Shown here piece by piece: positions 1-9,100 of a stretch of 64,000 bases of DNA. Numbering within the stretch: the stretch's first letter is position 1; every line of letters begins with the position of its first letter. Source of the DNA: Promethearchaeota archaeon (lineage in GTDB: Archaea; Asgardarchaeota; Lokiarchaeia; Sigyniarchaeales; SOKP01); the NCBI GenBank assembly GCA_048939015.1, contig JBHLPW010000002.1, forward strand, positions 32,001 to 96,000, in the 5' to 3' direction. The translations under genes were made by a program, and so were the position numbers. The notes under the pieces were generated by a model. The model saw only the letters and a program-made list of their open reading frames with translations. It made no database searches and was not told the DNA's origin.

Positions 1-640
1 TTCCTGCTTTAGTCATAATATCTAAGAATTTTTCAATTTCAAAGAGTCCTAATTCATGACGATCTACAAAATATTTAACATCTTCATTTCTTTCAGCAAT
101 TAAATAATGCATTTCCATAACTGATAACTCATCTTCCAATTTTGCTGTATTCAATCTAGCAATCTTTATATCTTCTCCATCATAAGTAGTCATTCCAGGA
201 TGTCCAACCGAATAAGTCGATTTTGTAAACCAGGGCTCGATAATTACTACGCCTCCTTTTTCCAAATGATTTGAAAAGTTTATGATCGTCTTTGTCAGAT
301 TAGCGTATGTTTTTACATATCCTATTGAACTAAATAAACATATAATTATGCCGTATTTATCTTTAAGCTTCATATTTATCATATCTGCTTGTTTAAAAAT
401 TACTCCATGGATCTTTTTTCTGGCAACTTCCAGCATTTCTTCATTAATATCTGTACCAGTACAAGAAAATTTATCTTTAAAATATTCTAAATGTTTTCCA
501 GTACCGCAACCAACATCCAATAATTTATTACCATCAGATACCTTATATTTATCAATTAATTCCTTAACTCTTTCCACTTCTTTTTTATAATCCTTCCATG
601 AATAGATTAAATCATAATACTTTGCTAATTCTTTATACAT
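1..640 (-). CDS. Class I SAM-dependent methyltransferase (3' end runs off the window)
   Basis: Not in the ORF track. Manual translation from ATG at 640 gives MYKELAKYYDLIYSWKDYKKEVERVKELIDKYKVSDGNKLLDVGCGTGKHL, containing motif I (LDVGCGTG). Confidence 0.85.
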   Translation of the reverse strand, partial: MYKELAKYYDLIYSWKDYKKEVERVKELIDKYKVSDGNKLLDVGCGTGKHLEYFKDKFSCTGTDINEEMLEVARKKIHGVIFKQADMINMKLKDKYGIIICLFSSIGYVKTYANLTKTIINFSNHLEKGGVVIIEPWFTKSTYSVGHPGMTTYDGEDIKIARLNTAKLEDELSVMEMHYLIAERNEDVKYFVDRHELGLFEIEKFLDIMTKAG

Positions 641-705
641 AATTTCAACTCCATTTATACAATAAATAATTTAATTATAATTAAAAAGAAAAAAATAAGA
701 ATGTT

Positions 706-3276
706 TTAGTCACATTCTTCTGGTATAACTAAAGGCTGGGTTCCAGTTTGGTTGCCAATTAGTTTTAATATCTCAGGACCAAAAACATTAGATAATATTT
801 CATTCATCTGTTTTCCGCCTAAATAGCTTTGACAGCCTAAATGAAGTTTATGAAAGGTATCACCTAGGTTTTCTTCAACTTCCTTAATGAATTCGATTAT
901 TTTATCTTCTAATGTTGGTGATGGAGTCTCGTTCAGTAAAAAGACTACTTTAAATTCTTTATTGGTAAAAAATCCACCTGAAAGATGGCCAAGGCTAAAC
1001 TTTATTGATAAAATTTCGCCTACTTTCAATGCATGGCTCGCTATATGATCCAATGCTGTGAGAAAACCAGAAAAAATTGTATTATCAACATCTTCAGTAG
1101 TAAAATTTAATTCATATTGATTAGCACCACTTTCTCGATGTTGTACCAGTAATTTCTGAATATTTTCTATATCTGGATCGACTATAAAGGGTTTTGTTAA
1201 GAAATTATAGATATCCTCAGACGAGTTTTTTAGCACTTTGAACAATTTTTTGTTTATATAACCATACTCAGGGCCAGTTGGTTCTTCCCAACTTGGATCA
1301 TTTATCAATTCTGTTGCTGCTCGTCCGCTATTTTTCATTATACCTACTTGCGCTCCAAAAACGATTGCTAAATGAAATTCAAAGGCAGAAATATCTCCAC
1401 CGTTTATTCCAATAAGTTTAACTTTACTTGGTTCAATACCAGATTTCATTATATCATACCAATATTGAATCGGTTCTCTAATACTGAAATCTTTTCCTTC
1501 TGTAAAATGAACTGTACTATATCTTTTATCTAATTCAACGTGAGCAGGCATATGACTTGGAACATAACCAATTGTTTTTATTTGATCTGGGTAGTTATCT
1601 TGGATTTCTCCTACTGTACCGCTAATTCCTGCTTTGGTACCACCTGAAATTATTGTTCCTTCAAAATTCCTAAAAGCTTCAATTATATTAGTGTTAAATA
1701 TTTCTAAATTTCGTTCAATACGTTTATCTGTCCCCCCAGCAATAATTACAATAGGCTCATCAAGATTTCTTTCCATTTGTTTTATTTCGGAATCTAATGC
1801 CAAAGTGGACTCATTAATCATTTTATCAGTTTTCTCAACTATATTTGGATGAAATAAAATCCCCAATCGAAGAACTTGTCTGATAAAATCGATGCCTTTT
1901 AATTTATCTTTTATTAGTTTAAGGTTATTCAGAGTATTTAGAGTAGTTTCAATCATCCAAATATCAGAGCTGAATCTTATTCCTTTTAAATAATAATCTA
2001 AAGCTTCATTTACATTTCTAAGAAATAAGTTAAATAAACCTACGTCAAAAAAAGCCCATGGAGTATCGACCATTACTTCTATTTGTCTTAACCGTATTTT
2101 AATTGCTTTCTGAATCATATCATAATTTCTTTCAATATGAACTAAATCTCCTGTTTGCTGAATAACTAGGATTAAATAATTACCTAAAGGATATGGATCT
2201 CCTGGATTCACTTTTAATGCTTGTTTATAGCATTCCAAAGCTTTAGTATAATTATTTTGACTTTTATATGTACCTCCTAATGATGACCATCCATTTGAAT
2301 CAAAAGGATTTCTTTGAGCTGCCTCTATTAAAAATTTCTGACCCTGAATAAATGCTGGGCTTGAGGGATTTTTTTTGTATTTTTGATGATGAGATACACC
2401 CAAATCTCTTAAAACTTCTGCTACTTCTAATTCTGATACTTGTTTAAAGGCTTCAGTTTTCATCAATTCATTTAAAATTTCAATACTTTTATCCATATCG
2501 TTAATTGCCATCGCCAATCTCGCAATTCTATAACCAATTTTTAAATTCTCTTTGTCAGCTTCATAGACCATTTCTAATCTCTCTATTTCAGACTTTATTT
2601 TTTCATTAGACATATAAGTGATTATGGTTGATTCATAATCCCGCATTTTTTTCATGATTTTATCTAATGATTCATCTTCAATAGTCAATAATGATTTTAC
2701 TCGGGTGAGTTCTTGTTCATATGGTTTAGGGACTTTAAAGTCGTGTTGGTTAAAGACTTTGTATTGATTCGCAGCCCATCCATAACTCAAATATGTACAA
2801 ATTTGAATTTCTGCTTTTAAATTGAACATTTTCTCAGGGATATTAAGTTCAAGTCTATCATATATCTTTAAATCAGGCATCAACTGAACAGTGTAGGTCT
2901 GAAAATGTCCAAGAGAAGTACTTATCTCACTTAGTTCGGAGATTTCCAAACCATCTACAGTATCAAATAAAAAATTATCTCGAATTGCTTCACTAACAGC
3001 ATTTAATTCGTTGATATTTGGTAAAAGTATCCTAAATCCGATTAAATCAGTAATTTCTAGAAAAGGATTGGTAATTTTCTTTTCTGATTTAAAGAGTTTG
3101 TTTGCAAAACTAGAAATCTTCTTTACTCGCCCTTGTATGATGAATTCAGATGAATGACCTCTTACTATATTCTTGAGGATCTTCTTCATAATTTTATGAA
3201 ATTCTTTGTAAAATGGACGAATTTCTTTATATTTATTAATTTGCTCTTCGTATGGTTTGCGTTGTTCTAATTCCAT
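706..3276 (-). CDS. Multidomain protein: degenerate RelA/SpoT-like nucleotidyltransferase, TPRs, SLOG (TRPM/LSDAT-like) and C-terminal longin-like domain
   Basis: GRVKKISSFANK, ITDLIGFRI and AEIQICT (RelA/SpoT-like); WSSLGGTYKSQNNYTKALECYKQALKVNP (TPR); IVIIAGG, IISGGTKAGISGTVG, INGG..SAFE and SGRAATEL (SLOG); DNTIFSGFLTALDHIA..GEILSI (Asgard longin-like). Confidence 0.75.
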   Translation of the reverse strand: MELEQRKPYEEQINKYKEIRPFYKEFHKIMKKILKNIVRGHSSEFIIQGRVKKISSFANKLFKSEKKITNPFLEITDLIGFRILLPNINELNAVSEAIRDNFLFDTVDGLEISELSEISTSLGHFQTYTVQLMPDLKIYDRLELNIPEKMFNLKAEIQICTYLSYGWAANQYKVFNQHDFKVPKPYEQELTRVKSLLTIEDESLDKIMKKMRDYESTIITYMSNEKIKSEIERLEMVYEADKENLKIGYRIARLAMAINDMDKSIEILNELMKTEAFKQVSELEVAEVLRDLGVSHHQKYKKNPSSPAFIQGQKFLIEAAQRNPFDSNGWSSLGGTYKSQNNYTKALECYKQALKVNPGDPYPLGNYLILVIQQTGDLVHIERNYDMIQKAIKIRLRQIEVMVDTPWAFFDVGLFNLFLRNVNEALDYYLKGIRFSSDIWMIETTLNTLNNLKLIKDKLKGIDFIRQVLRLGILFHPNIVEKTDKMINESTLALDSEIKQMERNLDEPIVIIAGGTDKRIERNLEIFNTNIIEAFRNFEGTIISGGTKAGISGTVGEIQDNYPDQIKTIGYVPSHMPAHVELDKRYSTVHFTEGKDFSIREPIQYWYDIMKSGIEPSKVKLIGINGGDISAFEFHLAIVFGAQVGIMKNSGRAATELINDPSWEEPTGPEYGYINKKLFKVLKNSSEDIYNFLTKPFIVDPDIENIQKLLVQHRESGANQYELNFTTEDVDNTIFSGFLTALDHIASHALKVGEILSIKFSLGHLSGGFFTNKEFKVVFLLNETPSPTLEDKIIEFIKEVEENLGDTFHKLHLGCQSYLGGKQMNEILSNVFGPEILKLIGNQTGTQPLVIPEECD

Positions 3277-3610
3277 AATACCATTATCACTCCTTATTTC
3301 TATTTGATTAAATTTTTCTTGAATTTCTTCTCTTACTAGAATTTTTACTGATTATTATTTAAAATTTTCTCAATAAATACAATTTAAAGAATAATGATCG
3401 ATAGAATTTAGATTCTCTATCAAGTTTAAAATAATGCCTAGACAAGATAAAATCGGATTTAATTTGAAAAAGTCATTCTATAGTAGTATTTTGAAACTAA
3501 ATTTTCATTTTCACTTAATTTGATAAAATGATTGTATAGAGATTATTATATTATATTAGAGAAGCTTTTTTGACTGTTATTTTCCTTATTTAAGATGGAA
3601 TTTTAAAATA

Positions 3611-3796
3611 GTGGAGATGATTAAAATACCAGAGTTAGTTTGTGATATTTGTGGTTCAAGAAAGGAAGTTCCTACATGTTGTGATACATCAATGATAGTT
3701 AAGGATGAATATTTATTATGTTGTTGCTCTGATGAGTGTGGATATCAACCAATTCCCGAATGTTGTGGTCAATTAATGAAATATATAGAACATTAA
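3611..3796 (+). CDS. Small Cys-rich metal-binding protein with two desulforedoxin-like motifs
   Basis: 10 Cys in 61 aa, arranged as two C..CG...PxCC...M units. The true start may be the ATG at 3617. Confidence 0.65.
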   Translation: MEMIKIPELVCDICGSRKEVPTCCDTSMIVKDEYLLCCCSDECGYQPIPECCGQLMKYIEH

Positions 3797-3839
3797 AAAT
3801 ATAATTTAAAATTATAACAATTTGAAAAAAAATTTGATT

Positions 3840-5900
3840 TTAAGCTGTAGGAGAAACCTTTTTTTGTAAACCTCTTAAAATTTCTTCATATAATTTCTCT
3901 ATAAAACCCTCAAAATCATTCTCAGTATACTTCACATTTAACATCTGCCATAATAAAACAGGTATGTCATCCTCATTATCATATACTGGAATAATTTTTA
4001 ACATTCCCTTTTTTCTCATCTGGAATGCAGCTTGCCATTCATCTTTAACAGCATTAGATTTTACTGAATTTTTCGAGCAGAAAAGTACGAATATATCCGT
4101 ATTTTTTAGAGTATCTTCCATGAATTCTACGATGTTTTGTTTACTGTCAGCTTGCCAATACGAAACCTTTTTTATTTCTGGATATACTTCTAATTCTTTC
4201 ACTATATCTGATATTCGAAAATGCTCAGCATCCAAAGTAGAATAACTGAGAAATACTCTCTGGTTTTTAATGTCCTCAAGTGGTGATACTGGTGCTATTT
4301 CTTTTGCTTTTTGATTAAAGGCGATTGATTTTGATGCTGAAAAATATTCCGCGTCAATTTCCCGATTTTTAATCATTTCAAGAATTATTTGTTCGATTTG
4401 ACTTTCATCTTTAACATCACTCTTTTCAACAATATCCATGAGTTCAAGGCGGGCAAATTTAGTTCCATAGTTCAAGATAGTCTTTTTGATCTTTTTCTTG
4501 ATATTAAACTGGAAGTCCTTACAATAATCAATTTTTTCTTCAATTTTCTCTAGTAATTCAGAAAGTTCATATTCTCTTGCTAATTCTTTTATTTCAACTA
4601 GTTTTAAAATTGCGTCATAAAATTTACTATTTTCAATTAGATTTTCAATTTTAGATAATTTCTTTTGTATCTTTTTATCCATTTTAGCTTGTTCTTTATC
4701 TCTCTTAATTTCTTCTTCCAGTGTTTTACACTGTTCTATTTTTTCTTCTGCTTCTTTCAAAATTTCTGATAATTCATATTCTTGTGCTATTTGTTTAACT
4801 TTTTCTAATTCTCGAAATGCATTTCTTAGCTTATTATCTTCAATTAAATCTTCAATTTCAGATAACTGAGTTTGAAGTTCGTCTTTAACTCTCTGTTCTT
4901 CTAATTCTTCTCTTTTTTCTATTTTAAGTGTATTAACTTCCTTTAATTTTACCTGCGCCTTTTTCATTAATTCTATCAATCCAAAATTTCTTGCAGATGC
5001 TATTATATTATTTAGATTTGCAATAGCTTCATCATATCTATTTCCTCTAATTAATTCATCAATTTCTGACATTTTTTGCTGAAGACCAGTTTTAATTTTT
5101 CGTAGTCCCTCTTCTCTTTCCTCTTTGGAAATTTCTTTAAAGATAATAACAAAATCCCTTACTCGAGCATTTATCTCATGATTAGTGATCATATCGTCAA
5201 CAATGGTTTCAAGAGTTTCACGTTTTATTCCTGTTTTTGATATAATTTCGAAAAAAGGCAGTTCCTTTGATTGAAATTGCATGGTTTTGATAAAATCAAT
5301 AGTTTTTCCTTCAACTAATTGTTTATCCTCCCAATCAGTACCAACTACTACTTCCTGTTTAATTTCGATAGGTTCAACTTCTAATACCTTCCGTTTCATA
5401 GGTTTAGCCTTTACTTCTTTTACTTTCGTCGATTTAACACGTCGAAATATTAATTCTCCTTCCTTACTTACAACAGCAACAACATTTGTTCCAATTAAAC
5501 CAATCCCAAAAATCAAACATAAATAGAATCCAGCTGTAAAGGTTATAGGATTTACAATTACTTGATTTAATGAGATTATAGAAGGATAGATCATTAAGCT
5601 AATTAAAATTAAAAGAAAACCAATTCCACCGAATAGGAGTGCCTTTTTTTTTCTTTCTGGGGTCAATAGTATAATTGAGATAATGGCAAGTGCAACACCT
5701 ACCCACCCCCCAAAAATTAAAGCAATATAACCCTCATATTCTGTCGTATAACCTTCCCATACAGGAGTTTCGGGTGGTGGTGGATATGGAGGGTGATGTT
5801 CTAAATAATATGGAAGAAATGCTGAAACCAATACAATTATAATTAAGATTCCATAAATTAATCTTATAAAATTGAATTTCTGTATTCTAATTTCTGTCAT
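3840..5900 (-). CDS. 4-TM membrane protein with PCI/winged-helix-like domains, three helical repeats and a C-terminal TIR domain
   Basis: Four N-terminal hydrophobic segments; two wHTH/PCI-like segments (IVDDMITNHEINARV, IILEMIKNREIDAEY); TIR motifs VFLSYSTLD, FVLFCSKNSVKSNAVKDEWQAA and KIIPVY at about 3870-4259. Confidence 0.85.
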   Translation of the reverse strand: MTEIRIQKFNFIRLIYGILIIIVLVSAFLPYYLEHHPPYPPPPETPVWEGYTTEYEGYIALIFGGWVGVALAIISIILLTPERKKKALLFGGIGFLLILISLMIYPSIISLNQVIVNPITFTAGFYLCLIFGIGLIGTNVVAVVSKEGELIFRRVKSTKVKEVKAKPMKRKVLEVEPIEIKQEVVVGTDWEDKQLVEGKTIDFIKTMQFQSKELPFFEIISKTGIKRETLETIVDDMITNHEINARVRDFVIIFKEISKEEREEGLRKIKTGLQQKMSEIDELIRGNRYDEAIANLNNIIASARNFGLIELMKKAQVKLKEVNTLKIEKREELEEQRVKDELQTQLSEIEDLIEDNKLRNAFRELEKVKQIAQEYELSEILKEAEEKIEQCKTLEEEIKRDKEQAKMDKKIQKKLSKIENLIENSKFYDAILKLVEIKELAREYELSELLEKIEEKIDYCKDFQFNIKKKIKKTILNYGTKFARLELMDIVEKSDVKDESQIEQIILEMIKNREIDAEYFSASKSIAFNQKAKEIAPVSPLEDIKNQRVFLSYSTLDAEHFRISDIVKELEVYPEIKKVSYWQADSKQNIVEFMEDTLKNTDIFVLFCSKNSVKSNAVKDEWQAAFQMRKKGMLKIIPVYDNEDDIPVLLWQMLNVKYTENDFEGFIEKLYEEILRGLQKKVSPTA

Positions 5901-6137
5901 TTAAATCTACTCTTCAATTATTTTATTTATTCGATTTTTAATAAAGATCTTTAATTTGTTTCTCGTTTAGTTCTATTAAGACGAGTTTAGATTTTATTTT
6001 TGGATTATACTACTTATATTAATTATATGATGACTTCATATTTATATCACTCTTGTGTATAAATTAAATTTCAATCAGAGTTAATATAAAGATACATAAA
6101 AAAAAAATAAAAGTAGTAAAAAGGCTAATATTAGAAT

Positions 6138-9100
6138 TTACTTTATTTTTTTCTTAAGTTGCCATGAAATTGATATTAAACTGAAAATCATTATTAAATA
6201 AAGCATATTAATATTATAAGTTGGTATAGCGGGAGATTCTGATTTCTTAATAGAAACCTCAGCATATCCTTCATGACCCAATGTATCAGTAGCATAAAAT
6301 CGTAGAGTGTATTCTCCAGGAGGTAATGCATTCCAATATTCTTGGATAATATCTCCAGTAAGGGTACAAGTTTCATTTATTTCTCCACCATCTAATGTAT
6401 ACCATATCTCATCTAAATTACCTTCATTTATAGTTAATTCAAAACTTGGAGCTCTATCTGTAAATGCTTGATTGTCTTCTGGAGAATTAATCGTGATCTC
6501 TGGTGAAAGTACATCTTTCCTCACAGTTACTTCTTCCCAATCAGAATTCCCTACCGAATCATTCGCATAAAATCTTATAGTAACAGTCCCATTGCCAAAA
6601 TTATCCCATTCCGTTTGGTCAATGTTTCCCATAGGTTCAGTAATAAGTAAGATTGTTACTCCTCCGTCCAAAGTATACCACATAATGTTCAAGTTTGGTT
6701 CTACAATAATTAAAGAAAATGAAGGAGTAGTGCTTCCGAAGAGATAATTTGAGATCGGTGTGGTGATTGTAATCTCTGGTGGAAGCACATCTTTTCTTAC
6801 TAACACATCTTCCCATCCAACATTACCAGCTGTATCATTCGCATAAAATCTAATAGTAACCGTTCCGTTTCCAAATTTACCCCATTCTATTTGGTCAATA
6901 TTACCCGTAGGTTCAGTAATAAGTACAATTGTTAACCCACCATCCAGGGTATACCACATAGTATCTAAATTAGGTTCAATAACTGTTATGTTAAAGTATG
7001 GTTCAGAACTTCCGAAAAGGTCATATAGAAGTGGTGAATTGATTGTAATGTTAGGATTGATAATATCAGCTATACAAGAAATTGTAAAATACCGAATTAA
7101 TGAAGATCTCATATATCCAACTGTATCATTTCCAAACACTTGAATGGTATGTAATCCATCTGAAGGCAATGGAATTGTAGTATTTCCTAAGATAGTCTTT
7201 ATTGTTTGAGAATCTAGTGAATATCCTTGCCAATCAAGAGCAATTTCACTCTCATAACTAAGTAATAGCCCTTCATTTAAATTATCTCCAATTTTATAAT
7301 TTGGATCCCAGGAATACCCTATCGCATCTACATATCTATTATGGCTATATGGCATTGACCAGCTTAACATATAGGTGGGTGCTATATTATTAATAAAGCT
7401 CAATGGTCCAATTTTAGTCCCATTAATATATAAATTCCATTGATATTGAGACAAACCCATATAACCTCCATTTGTAGCTTCAAAATCCATTCTAATATGA
7501 TACCACTTATTATTTATAACAGGAAGACCAGTATCATGCCAACCGGTATTATCTAGATATAAGAATTTATCTCCTACTCCGATTGCTACACAACAAATGT
7601 CTACAGTACCATTATGAAGTCTGATTTGAAATGAATGAGAAGAAGTGTAAGTAGTAATTTCATTTGCAGCCCAACATTCAAAAGTTCCATTACTCTGTGG
7701 TCCTGTAGTGAATTGCTGGAAAAAAATCGCCCCTCCTTCATAGCAATTGTATACCTTCTTATGACCATTAAATTCATCTATGACCTTCCAATTATCTTCA
7801 GAATCCAAAAAATTGAGAGGATCATTATTATTATGAGTATCTTCAAATCCATAGGTAGCTGGATAATAGCCACTCATCGGATCAGTATAGGTTTTGTTTT
7901 CAGGAGTGATTATATCTATAGGGAAATATTGAACGGTGAAATACCTAATCTGTGAATAATATTCTAATCCTAGTGAATCATTTCCAAATACTTGAACTGA
8001 ATGTACTCCATTCTCTGGTATCGGAATTGTTGTGTTTCCATAAATAGTTTTAGAGATGTGATCATCCAAAGAATACCCTTGCCAATCAAGAACGATTCTA
8101 TTTTTATAACTTAGCAATAAACCTTCATCCATATTAGCTCCAATTTGATAATTAGAATCCCATGAATACCCAATAGCATCAAAATACATATAATAATTCA
8201 TTTCTGTACTCGCAGTTGATATCCAAAATAGTGTTGCTTGAGGTTCATTATTTTCAAATTTAAAGGGTCCATATTTAGAGCCATTAATATGTATAAAACA
8301 GGAGTATTGATTCAATCCTTTATAATTCCCTGTTGAACATTCAAAATCAACACTTAAATGATACCAATTATTTGAAGAGGCAGGACACAATGAGTAATCC
8401 GTTCCATTAGTATATCGAAATTCATTATTCCTAATCTCAACAGCGAAAAGCGAATCAGTTACTACATCCAAATTCGCCAATCGAAAGGCTCCCGCCTGGG
8501 AAGCATCTGATATCCTCCACCAAAATTCTACTGTTCCATAAACTTGTACTGAGGAAAAGTTATTCCAAAGTTTTACAAGTCCAGCCCCAGCATTATTATT
8601 ATCATAGAGTTCTAAAACCTTTTGATGTCCATCAATTCCAGAAATGACTTGAACAGATGTATCTGAAGCTTCTAAAATTGTCCATCCTTCTGGATAAGTG
8701 CCATCCTCATCATTTTCAAATCCATGAGTTGCTAGGTAATATCCATCCATTGGTTGAGTATATGTTTGATTAACTGGAGTGACTAATTTAATCGAGGAAA
8801 CCTCAAAATGTTGTAGTCGTGATTGATATAACTCTCCTAATGAATCATTTCCAAATACCCGAATAAGATGTTCCCCATCTACTGGCATTTTTATAGTTGA
8901 ATTTCCTAGTATAGTTTTTATAGGCTGTAAATCAAGTGAAAATCCTTGCCAATCAAAGACAGTAGAGTTTGTAAAACTAAGTAATAACCCTTCGTTTAAA
9001 TTATCTCCAACATTATAGCCGGGATCCCATGAATAACCTATAGCGTCGACGTAATATGTAAGATTATTACTCGCACTAGAATAAATCTGAAAATTATGTA

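Noticed and set aside
282-590. 102-aa plus-strand ORF, and the many other short ORFs overlapping long genes (e.g. 1634-1852, 22885-23409, 26383-26844, 43528-43893)
   Set aside because: They are antisense or off-frame shadows of well-supported genes and have no recognisable motifs. The real gene at the window start is the minus-strand methyltransferase.
706-5900. Canonical Thoeris anti-phage system
   Set aside because: There is no SIR2-SLOG or TM-macro ThsA effector, and the TIRs are fused to large membrane proteins. Only the TIR/SLOG logic is shared.
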